A stretch of 42,409 nucleotides of DNA from an uncultured Collinsella sp. (GCA_902481965.1 CABSYH010000001.1:1-42409); one strand, 5' to 3'; shown: positions 18,828 through 28,919, counted from the first letter of the stretch. Numbers and translations are program-made. Notes: a model not told the origin generated them from the sequence alone.

Positions 18828-21718
18828 CGCCGCCGCTCGTGGCGTGCGCGCCACAGTTGCAGATAGTGCCCGATCTGCGCCGATTCGATGCGCTGGTAGG
18901 AGCTCGTGGGCAGCGACGTTAAGAACTTCTTTCCGTAGCCCTTCGTCACCAGGCGCGGGTCGGCCAGAATCAGCACGCCGCAATCGGTCGACGAGCGGAT
19001 AAGGCGTCCGGCCGCCTGCTTGACCTCGAGCACCGCCTCGGGCAGCGAATAGCGCGCCCAAGCGCGGTCTTCGCGCAGGTTGCGCTCGCACGAGAGCGGG
19101 TCCGTGGGACTCGAGAACGGCAGCTTGGGAATGATGACGCAGCGCAGCGTCTCGCCGCTGGCGTCGAATCCCTCCCAGAAGGCCTTAAGAGCAAAAAGCG
19201 ACGAGGTCGGCTCGTTGATAAACCGGTCGCGCAGGCGACGAGGAGATGAGTTGCGCTGCTGGCAGTTGAGCTCCAGACCCGCACGGGCCATCTTGGGCTC
19301 AACGCGGGCGTACAGGTCTTCCATGTCGCGCCGATTGGTGAACAGTGTGAGCACCGATCCGCCCATGGCAAGATGGGCGTCGACCAGCACGCGCTCGAGC
19401 GCCGTAAGATAGCTCTCACGATCGCGCGGATCGGGGATATCGCCCGCAACGACTACAGCCATGTTCGAATCGAAGTCGTAACTCGAGTCCAAGTGCAACG
19501 ATGAGGATGTTGAAGCACCAATGCGATCGAGGCCGACCGCGTGGTTAAAGTGTTCAAAGCTTTTGGACACCGTCATGGTCGCCGAGGCAAAGATAGCCGT
19601 GTGAACCTCGGGCAGCCACTCGGTTGCCAAGGCCTCGCCAATGTCGATGCGCTCTGCGGTCATTGACTCTCCGCCGGCACGCAGCCTGCGATTGACCTGC
19701 AGCGAATACACGTAGTGTTCATCGGTGCCGTCAATGATGAGTTTGAGGTTCTCGGCCAGCTCGTGCAGGCGGCGCGAAATATCACCCAGGTCGACAACAA
19801 CCTCGGGCTTGTCGGCGGCGACGGCTTGCACCAGCGCGTCGACGCTCTTGTCAGCTCGTTCCAATGCATCGATGGCAGCGTAGGCCGACGGTAAGAAATC
19901 ATGCCAGTCGTCAGATTCGCGCAGCTCGGGGCCAATCCATAGATTGGCATTGTCATAACCCCCACGGGCACGGCGGCCGAGCTCGCGAACGTCATCGAAC
20001 ACGTCGGCGATTGCCATGCTCGCGCGCGCAACCGTCGACGTCGCCTTGGCAGTAAGGCCCAGATAGAGCGTAGAGCCCTCGGAGGTTGCCAAATCACGGG
20101 AAACCTGGCTTAGCGCACCGGTGCTCGAGCCACCCAGGCGCTCAAACAGAACGCGTGATTCGTCCGCCGACACCACGCGCGCCCACTGACGGCGCGCCTC
20201 GCGCTCGATAGAATGGGCCTCGTCGATTACCCAATGACGAATCGGAGGCAAAATCCTGCCCTCGGCCGCAACATTGCGGAACAGCAGGGAATGGTTGGTG
20301 ACCACCACATCGGCATGCGCCGCACGACGGCGAGCGCCGTGGACCAAACATTTATCAGGGAAAAACGGGCAGAGGCGACGAGCACACTCGCGCGAGGCCG
20401 TCGTAAAGTCGGGGCGGTTGACGCTGCGCCACCGAATGCCAAGTGAGTCGAGGTCGCCATCGGCTGATTGGCAAACGTACGCCATAATGACCGCGACCGC
20501 CGTGAGCGTGTCCGCCGGATCGCGCTTGGTGGTAATCTCGACCTGGCCGCGGCTCATGCGCTCAAGCTTGCGCAGGCACGGATAGTGGTCATACCCCTTG
20601 AGAGCGCAAAATGACAGACCACCTTCCAGTTGCTCGGCAAGTTTTGGAAGCTCATGGTACATGAGCTGGTCGGCTAGATTGTTCGATTTGGTCGCAATAC
20701 CAACCGTGATGTTGTTACGGCGTGCTGCCTCGGCAAAAGGCACCAGATAGGCCATCGATTTGCCGACGCCTGTGCCCGCCTCAATTACACGATGAGTGCC
20801 CGTGACCAGCGCATCGCGGACCTCGAGCGCCATCGCGATCTGCTCATCACGCGGCTCGTAAGTGGGATACATGCGATTGACCAGGCCACCCGGCGCATAG
20901 TCTGCCTCAATCTCCTCACGACTCGGCATCTTGAGGACCGGTAGTTCGTCGGCGTCCACCCGATCGTCGGCGCGATCGGCCTTGAGAACGTCAGCACGAG
21001 CGGCGCTGAGAGAGAAGATAGAACCAGGGTTCTGCCCTGCCAAGAATGAGAAGATAGGACGATAGGACCAAGGCACGCCCGGATGCATGTCGGCTAGGCG
21101 CGCCATGAGGCCCTGGGGCAAGTCGGTGAGTGCCACAAGCAACACGCGCCATACGCCACACAGGGCGTCGACGTCGGCATTGGCACGGTGTGATACCGAG
21201 TCACAGCCAAACAGATCGGCCATAAAAGACAGCTTGTGCGAGGCCAGGCGCGGAAGCGCGATTCGCGACAGCGCCAGCGAATCGATCCAAATATCGCTCA
21301 CGTTGACACCGCCTTTGACCGACTCGATAAACGAGCGGTCGAACGTGGCGTTATGTGCAATCACCGGGCAACCACCGACAAAATCGGCGAGAGCGGCGAC
21401 GGCCTCAACGGCCGACGGGGCATCTGCCACATCGGCATTTGTAATGCTCGTGAGCTCGGTAATCTCGGCGGGAATCAGCTGCTTGGGATGCACGAAGGTA
21501 TCGAAGCGGTCGACGATCTCGCGGCCCGAAAGACGGGCCGCCGAGATCTCGATCAGCTCGTTGTCCTGCACCGAAAGACCTGTGGTCTCGGTATCGAGGA
21601 CAATCACATCTTCCTCGATGAGGCCGAAGGACTGCGTTTTGGCACGTTCGGCAAGCGTGGCATAGGAGTCGATGACAAACTGCGGCGTTCCTGACGAAAC
21701 CGCGTCCTCGATTAGCAT
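18824..21718 (-). CDS. dinG: DEDDh 3'-5' exonuclease (DnaQ-like) fused to a DinG/XPD-family helicase
   Basis: VLDTETTG, AHNATFD, HRANADV; Walker A EAGTGVGKS, DEAH, SAT, FWEGFD, KLPF, QAAGRLIR; Cys cluster compatible with an Fe-S site. Confidence 0.92.
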   Translation of the reverse strand: MLIEDAVSSGTPQFVIDSYATLAERAKTQSFGLIEEDVIVLDTETTGLSVQDNELIEISAARLSGREIVDRFDTFVHPKQLIPAEITELTSITNADVADAPSAVEAVAALADFVGGCPVIAHNATFDRSFIESVKGGVNVSDIWIDSLALSRIALPRLASHKLSFMADLFGCDSVSHRANADVDALCGVWRVLLVALTDLPQGLMARLADMHPGVPWSYRPIFSFLAGQNPGSIFSLSAARADVLKADRADDRVDADELPVLKMPSREEIEADYAPGGLVNRMYPTYEPRDEQIAMALEVRDALVTGTHRVIEAGTGVGKSMAYLVPFAEAARRNNITVGIATKSNNLADQLMYHELPKLAEQLEGGLSFCALKGYDHYPCLRKLERMSRGQVEITTKRDPADTLTAVAVIMAYVCQSADGDLDSLGIRWRSVNRPDFTTASRECARRLCPFFPDKCLVHGARRRAAHADVVVTNHSLLFRNVAAEGRILPPIRHWVIDEAHSIEREARRQWARVVSADESRVLFERLGGSSTGALSQVSRDLATSEGSTLYLGLTAKATSTVARASMAIADVFDDVRELGRRARGGYDNANLWIGPELRESDDWHDFLPSAYAAIDALERADKSVDALVQAVAADKPEVVVDLGDISRRLHELAENLKLIIDGTDEHYVYSLQVNRRLRAGGESMTAERIDIGEALATEWLPEVHTAIFASATMTVSKSFEHFNHAVGLDRIGASTSSSLHLDSSYDFDSNMAVVVAGDIPDPRDRESYLTALERVLVDAHLAMGGSVLTLFTNRRDMEDLYARVEPKMARAGLELNCQQRNSSPRRLRDRFINEPTSSLFALKAFWEGFDASGETLRCVIIPKLPFSSPTDPLSCERNLREDRAWARYSLPEAVLEVKQAAGRLIRSSTDCGVLILADPRLVTKGYGKKFLTSLPTSSYQRIESAQIGHYLQLWRARHERRR

Positions 21719-22677
21719 GCAATGCCCGCCCGACGAAGACCCATACGGATCAGGCTGTCACAGACCTGCGGGAACGTCATGTCGTCGGTGTGGCGGATCT
21801 CATCCGGATACAGCGACGTATCGGTCATGCCGGGAATGGTATTGGTCTCGAGGATAACGGGGCCGTCCTCGCTCACGATAAAATCGCTGCGCGAGATGCC
21901 CAGGCAACCGAGCGCCTTGTGAGCGGCACAGGCAAGCTCTTGGGCACGAGCGTAGTTCTCGGGTGAAATCTGCGCCGGAATGCGATGGATGTCCGTAGGG
22001 TCGACATATTTCACGTCCAGATCGTAGAACTCGCAGTCCTCGGGCTTACGAATCTCGACAATCGGCAGGGCGTGCACGTCATCTTCACCGTATACGCCGA
22101 CGGTGATCTCGGTACCCTCGATGCACTTCTCGACCAGCACTTTGTCGCCGTACTCAAACGCCTTGGCGATTGCCGCGGGCAGCTCGGAGGGCTCATGGAC
22201 CAGGGAAATGCCATAGCTGGAACCGTTGACGGCCGGCTTCACAAAGCAGCGCTCGCCACAGACCTCGACGATATGATCGATATCGACTTCATCGCCCACC
22301 TCGAGCGCAAGGCCGGGGGCAATGGGAATGCCCGCCTTGGCGTACAGGAGCTTAGAGACCTCCTTGTCGGCACCGCAGGCGCTGGCAAGCACGCCCGAGG
22401 CCGTGTAGGGGATACCCAGGGTCTCCATGGCGCCTTGCATGGCGCCATCCTCGCCGCCGGCACCGTGCATGGCGATAAACGCCACGTCAAAGCCGCCGGT
22501 CGCCATGGTTACCATAAAGTCATCAGCGGCCGTGTCGAGCAGCTCCACCGAAGTGTAGCCGGCCTCCTTCAAGGCAACCACGACGTTCTTTCCCGAATTG
22601 AGCGAGATCTCGCGCTCGGCGGAATGACCGCCCGCCAAGACCGCTACGTGCATGTTCTCTAGGCTTTTACCCGGCAT
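21712..22677 (-). CDS. ddl: D-alanine--D-alanine ligase
   Basis: GGHSAEREISL, HGAGGEDG, VKPAVNGSSYG, FYDLDVKY, ETNTIPGMTDTSLYP. Confidence 0.93.
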   Translation of the reverse strand: MPGKSLENMHVAVLAGGHSAEREISLNSGKNVVVALKEAGYTSVELLDTAADDFMVTMATGGFDVAFIAMHGAGGEDGAMQGAMETLGIPYTASGVLASACGADKEVSKLLYAKAGIPIAPGLALEVGDEVDIDHIVEVCGERCFVKPAVNGSSYGISLVHEPSELPAAIAKAFEYGDKVLVEKCIEGTEITVGVYGEDDVHALPIVEIRKPEDCEFYDLDVKYVDPTDIHRIPAQISPENYARAQELACAAHKALGCLGISRSDFIVSEDGPVILETNTIPGMTDTSLYPDEIRHTDDMTFPQVCDSLIRMGLRRAGIAC

Positions 22678-22762
22678 GGGCAGACTCCTCCTCTATAATT
22701 TCTGCAGCTGATACCATATTGTAGCGATACCCTCTACGTTTCCCCAAAATCGAAAGGCTTCC

Positions 22763-23815
22763 ATGAATCCCAGGACTAAATCTCAGGACATTCGCGACTT
22801 GAGCCAAAACGATATTCGCGAGCTCGTGGCCGAGCTTGGCCAGCCCGCCTTCCGCGCGAAGCAGCTCATCGAATGGGTCTTTGAGAAGAACGTTTGTTCG
22901 TTTGACGATATGACCAACCTTCCCAAGGCTTTCCGCGAGCAGCTTAAAGAGGCTTTTGCCTTTGACACGCCGACTGAACTCACCAAGCAGGTTTCCAAAG
23001 ATGGCTCTCGCAAGTATCTGCTCGAGTACCACGACGGCGTTTCCGTCGAGACCGTCGGCATGCCCCGTCGCAACAAGCTTTCCGTCTGCGTTTCCACCCA
23101 GGCAGGCTGTGGCATGGGCTGTGCCTTTTGCGCTACCGGTCTCAACGGCCTCAAGCGCTCTCTGACCGCTCAAGAGATCGTCGACCAGGTACTTCATGTA
23201 TCCAACGACTTTGGCGAACGTGCCACGAGCGTTGTCTTCATGGGGCAGGGCGAGCCGTTTGCCAACTACGACGAGGTTCTCAAGGCGCTGCGAATCCTCA
23301 ACGACCCCGATGGCATCGGTATCGGCGCTCGTCACCTCACTGTCTCTACCAGTGGCGTTATTCCCGGTATTCGCAAATTTGCCGACATCCCTGAGCAGTT
23401 CACGCTTGCCGTTTCCTTGCATTCCGCCATCCAGTCGACGCGCAATAAGCTCATGCCCGGTGTTAAGAAGTACACGCTGCTTCGCCTTCACGAGGCGCTT
23501 CAACTCTACACCGAGAAGACTGGCCGCCGCCCGACCTATGAGTATGCCATGATCGAAGGCGTCAACGATACGAATCCCGAGATGCAGGCGCTCTGCGACT
23601 TCTGCGAGGGAACGTTGTGCCACGTCAACCTGATTCAGCTTAACGACATCGAGGGCAGCCCGCTCAAGCCGTCGCCGATTCATAAGGTTGAGGATCTTCA
23701 GCGTCGTCTTGAGTCCCGTGGCATCGAGACCACGATTCGTAACTCCCGTGGTAACGATATTGACGCCGCTTGCGGACAGCTGAAGCAGCGCTTCAAAGTT
23801 CAGAAGAACGCATAG
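22763..23815 (+). CDS. rlmN: Radical SAM dual-specificity rRNA/tRNA methyltransferase
   Basis: CVSTQAGCGMGCAFC, MGQGEP, AVSLH, DIDAACGQL. Confidence 0.96.
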   Translation: MNPRTKSQDIRDLSQNDIRELVAELGQPAFRAKQLIEWVFEKNVCSFDDMTNLPKAFREQLKEAFAFDTPTELTKQVSKDGSRKYLLEYHDGVSVETVGMPRRNKLSVCVSTQAGCGMGCAFCATGLNGLKRSLTAQEIVDQVLHVSNDFGERATSVVFMGQGEPFANYDEVLKALRILNDPDGIGIGARHLTVSTSGVIPGIRKFADIPEQFTLAVSLHSAIQSTRNKLMPGVKKYTLLRLHEALQLYTEKTGRRPTYEYAMIEGVNDTNPEMQALCDFCEGTLCHVNLIQLNDIEGSPLKPSPIHKVEDLQRRLESRGIETTIRNSRGNDIDAACGQLKQRFKVQKNA

Positions 23816-23833
23816 GGGAGTCGCACCCCAAAA

Positions 23834-23849
23834 CGTTTCATGTGAAACA
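23834..23849. promoter_or_regulatory. parS site
   Basis: CGTTTCATGTGAAACA vs consensus TGTTTCACGTGAAACA. Confidence 0.8.
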
Positions 23850-23852
23850 TCG

Positions 23853-23983
23853 AACGGCCACGGTTGCAGGAAATGCAACCGTGGCCGTTTCATTTATTGA
23901 CCTTAATTTTGAATCAGCTGCTACCTGTCCCATTTTTTACGGCCAAAATACGGGGTCCTTGTCTCGTGAATCAGACAAGGACC
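23853..23983. terminator. Two terminator-like hairpins between convergent rlmN and parB units
   Basis: aacggccacggttgca/tgcaaccgtggccgtt and gggtccttgtct/agacaaggaccc. Confidence 0.7.
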
Positions 23984-24014
23984 CATCAAAATATACTAAG
24001 TAATTGTTAGGTAC

Positions 24015-24269
24015 CTAATAGCCTACATTTTCCCATTGGTTGCTAACCCAACCTTGATTAATCTTAGGATTCTTCGTTACCTGAGCTGTACGCATGGCAA
24101 CATCTTCTGTCATAACATTCATTTTCTTCTTGGAAGTATCGACGATATCTTGCGCGCCTCGAAGCAGACGACCTCGAAGCTCATCGTCTGTCGCGATCTT
24201 ATATCCAGCAAAGGCACCAGCTGCGACAGTCGTCGCCAATGCAATCGCAGTTAAAATCTTATTCCTCAT
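24015..24269 (-). CDS. Small membrane-anchored hypothetical protein coupled to parB
   Basis: ATG at 24269 with AGGAGG lies inside the parB 3' end; N-terminal hydrophobic helix. Confidence 0.7.
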   Translation of the reverse strand: MRNKILTAIALATTVAAGAFAGYKIATDDELRGRLLRGAQDIVDTSKKKMNVMTEDVAMRTAQVTKNPKINQGWVSNQWENVGY

Positions 24270-25164
24270 CTTGGCCTCCTTGATCAAACTGAATCATTTC
24301 GCCAAGAATACGAGAGAGCTCTTCCTCGTCTTTAAACTCAATCTCAATCTTATTCTTTCCACGCGAGCTCTTCACACGCACGTTGGTATTAAAAACCTGA
24401 CGAAGCACGCGGGCAGCCTTTTTAAAAGACTGAGGCGTTGCAGGCCTCGGCTTCTTAGGTGTCTCTCCGGCAGAAAACAACGGAGCGAGATTTTCTGTCG
24501 CTCTTACGGAAAGGCCCTCTGCAACAACCTTCTCTGCAAGTCGAATTCGAGCGTCCTCATAGGGAACTGCAAGAATAGCACGCGCATGACCAGCAGTAAG
24601 TTTGCCCTCAAAAATCATCTGCTGAACAACTTCAGGGAGATCGAGAAGGCGCAGCGAGTTTGTAATTGCAGAGCGTGACTTGCTTACCGCCCTCGACAAT
24701 GCCTCCTGGGTCATACCGCTGGCATCGATGAGCTGTCGATAGCCCTTAGCCTCTTCGACGGGATTCAGATCAGAACGTTGAAGGTTTTCGATAAGAGCAA
24801 GAGCCAGCATCTCTTCATCGTTAACATCTTTAATGATGACAGGCAGTTCCTCAAGACCAGCAAGCTTTGAAGCTTGGTAACGACGCTCACCAGCAATGAT
24901 CACATAGCCGTTTCCATGCTTGCGAACCAAAAGCGGCTGCAAAACGCCATGTTCTTGGATTGACTCGCTCAACTCGCGAAGTTCAGTTTCGTTAAAGTGA
25001 ATTCGCGGCTGATTAGGGTTGGGAACGATATCCTCAATAGGTAGTTTTGTTTCAGATGCAGCATTCGAAGCCGATGCAGCCGAACCACCGGTCTCATACT
25101 CGGCCTCTGAGACCAAAGCATTGAGTCCACGTCCCAATCCGCCACGTTTCTTTACACTAGGCAC
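24259..25164 (-). CDS. parB: Chromosome partitioning protein ParB/Spo0J
   Basis: GLGRGLNAL, PNPNQPR, IIAGERRYQA, ENLQRSDLNPVEEA, HTH, GHARAIL. Confidence 0.97.
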   Translation of the reverse strand: MPSVKKRGGLGRGLNALVSEAEYETGGSAASASNAASETKLPIEDIVPNPNQPRIHFNETELRELSESIQEHGVLQPLLVRKHGNGYVIIAGERRYQASKLAGLEELPVIIKDVNDEEMLALALIENLQRSDLNPVEEAKGYRQLIDASGMTQEALSRAVSKSRSAITNSLRLLDLPEVVQQMIFEGKLTAGHARAILAVPYEDARIRLAEKVVAEGLSVRATENLAPLFSAGETPKKPRPATPQSFKKAARVLRQVFNTNVRVKSSRGKNKIEIEFKDEEELSRILGEMIQFDQGGQDEE

Positions 25165-25957
25165 GCTTGATCACCTCTTTTGCAAGGTTCATATATGCTT
25201 TTGCACCCTTATTTTGAGGTGCATAGGTAATTACCGGTTCCCCAAAAGACGGAGCTTCGGAGATTTTAACCGTACGGGGGATCAACGTCTTAAATGCCTT
25301 ATCACCAAAGTACGATTGAACCTCCTCAACAACCTGATTCGATAGAGAAGTACGCGAGTCATACATGGTCATAAGCACACCGTAGGTGTCTAAGCCCTTG
25401 TTCAGACGAGATTTGACCATCTTCATTGACTCAAGCAGCTTCGTAACGCCCTCGAGTGCGTAATACTCGCACTGGATCGGAATCAAAACGCTGTCTGCTG
25501 CGGTCAAAGCGTTGATAGTAAGCAGGCCGAGCGAAGGAGGGCAGTCAATGAAAATAAAATCGAACTCGTCCTGAATCGGCTCAAGCAAATCTTTGAGACG
25601 GGTTTCACGAGCAATTGCGCTTACGAGTTCAATTTCCGCGCCTGCAAGCTGAATTGTAGCCGGAATTACGAATACCTTTTTGCAATTTGTATCAAGAACA
25701 AGCGATTCTGCCGGCACATCATTCAACAATGCATCATAGATGCAGTGATCAAGGTCTTCTTTTTGAATTCCGAATCCACTGGTGCTGTTTCCCTGCGGAT
25801 CAAAATCGACAATCAGTGTCTTACGACCCTGCTCACCCAGTGCTGCTGCAAGGTTTACAGCCGTCGTTGACTTACCGACGCCGCCTTTTTGATTGATGAT
25901 TGCAATCATACGCGTGTCTTTTGCGCTCTTAGAACGCTTAACGTCGCGAAATCCCAC
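25157..25957 (-). CDS. parA: Chromosome partitioning ATPase ParA/Soj
   Basis: NQKGGVGKSTT, DFDPQGN, DCPPSLGLLT, PIQCEYYALEG, EAPSFG. Confidence 0.97.
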   Translation of the reverse strand: MGFRDVKRSKSAKDTRMIAIINQKGGVGKSTTAVNLAAALGEQGRKTLIVDFDPQGNSTSGFGIQKEDLDHCIYDALLNDVPAESLVLDTNCKKVFVIPATIQLAGAEIELVSAIARETRLKDLLEPIQDEFDFIFIDCPPSLGLLTINALTAADSVLIPIQCEYYALEGVTKLLESMKMVKSRLNKGLDTYGVLMTMYDSRTSLSNQVVEEVQSYFGDKAFKTLIPRTVKISEAPSFGEPVITYAPQNKGAKAYMNLAKEVIKRA

Positions 25958-25996
25958 GGTCCCTCCTGGTGTGTATTAAAGCTGTCAAACGGAGGA

Positions 25997-26090
25997 TGTC
26001 TCACGTGAAACATTCCGAATCGATAGCAACTGCTATGTTTCACGTGAAACACTGCAAGCTGTTAGTATCCATTATGTTTCACGTGAAACA
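25997..26090. promoter_or_regulatory. Cluster of three parS sites
   Basis: TGTCTCACGTGAAACA at 25997-26012; TGTTTCACGTGAAACA at 26036-26051 and 26075-26090. Confidence 0.93.
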
Positions 26091-26091
26091 T

Positions 26092-26829
26092 CTAGGCAAG
26101 CGGATTCTTCTTTGCCATGCCATTTGCACGAGGCAATGAAACGGATGCTGAATGACTCTTCTTAAGAACAATGAACTCCCTGTGACCCAAGCCTTCAGGC
26201 AAATCAATTGCGTCATTCAGAAGCAAAGTGAAGCCGCAAATCTTAGCTGCTGACATGCCGGAAGCAAGCTCCTCATCCGAAGGATTGCCCTTGGTGATAA
26301 CAAATAGCCCTCCATCCTTGAGGTACGGAGCCGCATACTCAACAAGAATCGGTAGAGGGGCCAGTGCGCGGGCGGTTACAACGGAGAACTGCTTCTTATG
26401 GCTTCGAGCATATTCTTCAAGACGATCATGAACCGCATGAGCATGTTTCAGTCCAAGAGCATGGACAAAGGAATTAACCGCATCAACCTTCTTGCCAACG
26501 GAGTCAATATAAGTAGCTTTACGATGCGTGGTTATGGTTAATGGAATACCAGGGAAGCCCGCACCTGTTCCCATATCGAGCAAAGCTCCCTCAGGAGCCT
26601 TATTGATATAGTGGAGCAAAACAAGTGAGTCGAGGACATGAAGTACGGCAGCATCTTCTACGTTAAGAATACGGGTGAGATTGGTTGTCTTATTTGTTTC
26701 TAGAACCAAATCCAAATGCTGGATACATTTCCTCAGCTCAATATCAGTTACGCTCAAGGAATATTCTTTGCAATAGGAAGTTAGGCGACTCAACATCTCG
26801 TCAGCCTGCTGATCGGTAAGTACAAACAA
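26092..26829 (-). CDS. rsmG: 16S rRNA m7G methyltransferase
   Basis: NLTRI, HVLDSL, DMGTGAGFPGIPL, VTARALA; TTG at 26829 after AGGAG is the likely start. Confidence 0.95.
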   Translation of the reverse strand: MFVLTDQQADEMLSRLTSYCKEYSLSVTDIELRKCIQHLDLVLETNKTTNLTRILNVEDAAVLHVLDSLVLLHYINKAPEGALLDMGTGAGFPGIPLTITTHRKATYIDSVGKKVDAVNSFVHALGLKHAHAVHDRLEEYARSHKKQFSVVTARALAPLPILVEYAAPYLKDGGLFVITKGNPSDEELASGMSAAKICGFTLLLNDAIDLPEGLGHREFIVLKKSHSASVSLPRANGMAKKNPLA

Positions 26830-26875
26830 CAGAAGCTCCTTTCTGACAAAAATCAGCGTATCGAGAACTTTTGAC

Positions 26876-26907
26876 AAAAAAGGGGGACGTGGAAACCACG
26901 TCCCCCT
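26876..26907 (-). terminator. Intrinsic terminator after jag
   Basis: aaaaaagggggacgtgg-aaa-ccacgtccccct. Confidence 0.75.
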
Positions 26908-26925
26908 AGCATAAGCTCGAGTAGA

Positions 26926-27495
26926 TTATCGAGCAACAATCACCACATGGCGATCAGGGTCAGAACCCTCAGAATGAGTATCGACTGCATCGTTGCCACG
27001 AAGTGCAATGTGAACCAGTCGGCGCTCGTAGGCATTCATGGGCGGAAGCGAAACACTCTTATGAGTGCGGATGGCACGCTCGGCAGCAGACTGAGCCATG
27101 GAGGCGACCTTATCCTGACGGCGACTCTTGTATCCCTCGACGTCCACTACAACCGGATACCTAAAGCCAAGCTTGCGGCTCACCAGCAAAGAGAACATAA
27201 CCTGAAGAGCATCAAGAGTGCGACCATGACGGCCAATGAGAACAGCAAGGTCGGGAGCCGTTACATCCAAAATCAGCTCACCCTCGTCGCCCTCATACTC
27301 ATCGATAGGAGAGTTGGCGGCATCGAAGTGCGAAAGGATGGAACGCAGGATGGAAATCGCAACATCGGCAATGGTGTCGAGCTCCTCATCGGTCAGCTCT
27401 TCACCAGCCTTGTAGCGCTGTGCAATCTCGGGATAATCGCCCGCGACCTGCGGGGCAACCTCCTCAAGCATATCCTCGATGATCTCTTCAGACAT
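26926..27495 (-). CDS. jag: Jag/EloR/KhpB RNA-binding protein (KH + R3H)
   Basis: LIGRHGRTLDALQ (KH) and MNAYERRLVH (R3H); position after yidC. Confidence 0.92.
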   Translation of the reverse strand: MSEEIIEDMLEEVAPQVAGDYPEIAQRYKAGEELTDEELDTIADVAISILRSILSHFDAANSPIDEYEGDEGELILDVTAPDLAVLIGRHGRTLDALQVMFSLLVSRKLGFRYPVVVDVEGYKSRRQDKVASMAQSAAERAIRTHKSVSLPPMNAYERRLVHIALRGNDAVDTHSEGSDPDRHVVIVAR

Positions 27496-27539
27496 AACGT
27501 ACTCCAAAAGTTAGGTACCTAAATAAGATTGATATCCCA

Positions 27540-28310
27540 CTACTTCTTCTTGTGCGGGCGCGGCTTCTTCTCGCGACGAGTGACCTCAACCTGCAGCGGA
27601 GCGTTCTTAAGACGCTCCTCCTCATCGGCCTTCGCCTTGTCGATGACCTTCTGCGTCACAAAAATCTGCTGGATAACCTGCCAAGCAGACGAGACGTCGT
27701 AGTACAGCAGAACACCAACGGGAAGGCTCCAGCCCATCCAAAGCATCATGACCGTCATGACAACGGCCATCATACGCATGCTCTGAGCCTGCTGGCCGGT
27801 CTGGTTGCGCGACATATAGAGCTGCGGAATCAGGGTCAGGACGGCGAACAGGATCAGGCAAACCAGCGCAGGCAGTGCAACCATAAAGCCATCGGCAAAG
27901 GAAGCGCTCGGCGTGGTGGTCAGGTCGGGCAGGATGTTGAAGAACGAGAACGTGCCGTCGTTAAAGTACTGCGGCAGGTTGCGCAGCAATGTAAACAGGG
28001 CGAACAGGATAGGCATCTGAATCAGCAGCGGCAGACAGCCAGCCATGGGGTTGAACTTGTTCTCGCTGTAGAACTTCTGCATCTCCTCGGCCTGACGCTG
28101 GGGATCGTCGGCATAGCGCTCCTGGATCTCGAGCATCTTGGGCTGCAGCACCTGCATGCGAGCCGTCGACTTGGTCGACTTGAGCATGAGCGGCGTCAGC
28201 AGCAGACGGATGATGACCACCAGGATGATGATGGACAGGCCCCAGTCGACCGCAAAGGTCTGGATGAGCTTGAGCAGCTCGAAAAGGATGTTAACGATCC
28301 AATCCCACAT
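27540..28310 (-). CDS. yidC: Membrane protein insertase YidC/Oxa1
   Basis: WGLSIIILVVIIRLLL, GCLPLLIQMPI, GVLLYY. Confidence 0.95.
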   Translation of the reverse strand: MWDWIVNILFELLKLIQTFAVDWGLSIIILVVIIRLLLTPLMLKSTKSTARMQVLQPKMLEIQERYADDPQRQAEEMQKFYSENKFNPMAGCLPLLIQMPILFALFTLLRNLPQYFNDGTFSFFNILPDLTTTPSASFADGFMVALPALVCLILFAVLTLIPQLYMSRNQTGQQAQSMRMMAVVMTVMMLWMGWSLPVGVLLYYDVSSAWQVIQQIFVTQKVIDKAKADEEERLKNAPLQVEVTRREKKPRPHKKK

Positions 28311-28339
28311 GTAAGTTTTCCTCCGATAGCGAGTGCCCG

Positions 28340-28564
28340 CTAGGGCACAGGGTCATAACCGCCGACGTGCAGGGGATTGCAGCGAGCGATGCGCCTCACG
28401 GCAAGCCAGCAGCCTCTCAAAACACCGTGCTTCTCAATCGCCTGGACGGCGTATTGCGAGCACGTTGGGTAATAAATGCAGGCGTCAGGCAATAAGGGCG
28501 AAATAACCTGTTGATATATGCGAATAGGAGCGATGGCAACACGTCGCAAAACGTGATTGCTCAT
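28340..28564 (-). CDS. yidD: Membrane protein insertion efficiency factor
   Basis: [29 protein letters not shown]. Confidence 0.95.
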   Translation of the reverse strand: MSNHVLRRVAIAPIRIYQQVISPLLPDACIYYPTCSQYAVQAIEKHGVLRGCWLAVRRIARCNPLHVGGYDPVP

Positions 28565-28899
28565 CGCTCCTCCCCGGCAACGCCGGCGCGCTTCATAAGC
28601 GAACGCAACGCCTTGTCCATCTCCTGCGGCGAGGAAACCCTCGTCTTGGGAGTTGCAAACAAGATGATGTCATAACCCGCAACGGGAAATCCGCAGCTGC
28701 GGGCGGCCTCGCGCATCACACGCTTAGATCGGTTGCGCACGACGGCACAACCGAGTCGCTTAGCACCAACGAAGGCGACCCTTCCGGAGTCGCCTTCGCC
28801 AACCGATTCACATATGGTCATTCGAATCAGAGGGTGATTGAAACGACGCCCCTGACTGAACACATGCTCGAAATCTTGCCGAGACTTAATAGTCTTCAT
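28561..28899 (-). CDS. rnpA: Ribonuclease P protein component
   Basis: RNR motif AVVRNRSKR; position after rpmH. Confidence 0.93.
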   Translation of the reverse strand: MKTIKSRQDFEHVFSQGRRFNHPLIRMTICESVGEGDSGRVAFVGAKRLGCAVVRNRSKRVMREAARSCGFPVAGYDIILFATPKTRVSSPQEMDKALRSLMKRAGVAGEER

Positions 28900-28919
28900 G
28901 CGAGATGTGTGTATCGCTG

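Noticed and set aside
21712..22677. Van-type D-Ala-D-Lac ligase
   Set aside because: No vanH/vanX/vanRS context and the FYDLDVKY loop retains Tyr; best read as housekeeping Ddl.
25997..26090. Possible mini-CRISPR array (palindromic repeats with unique spacers)
   Set aside because: Repeats are 16 bp and match parS, lie beside parAB, and no cas genes are present.
23900..26900. Lower-GC stretch suggesting a horizontally acquired island
   Set aside because: It contains core parB-parA-rsmG in their usual origin-proximal order, with no mobility genes or boundary repeats.
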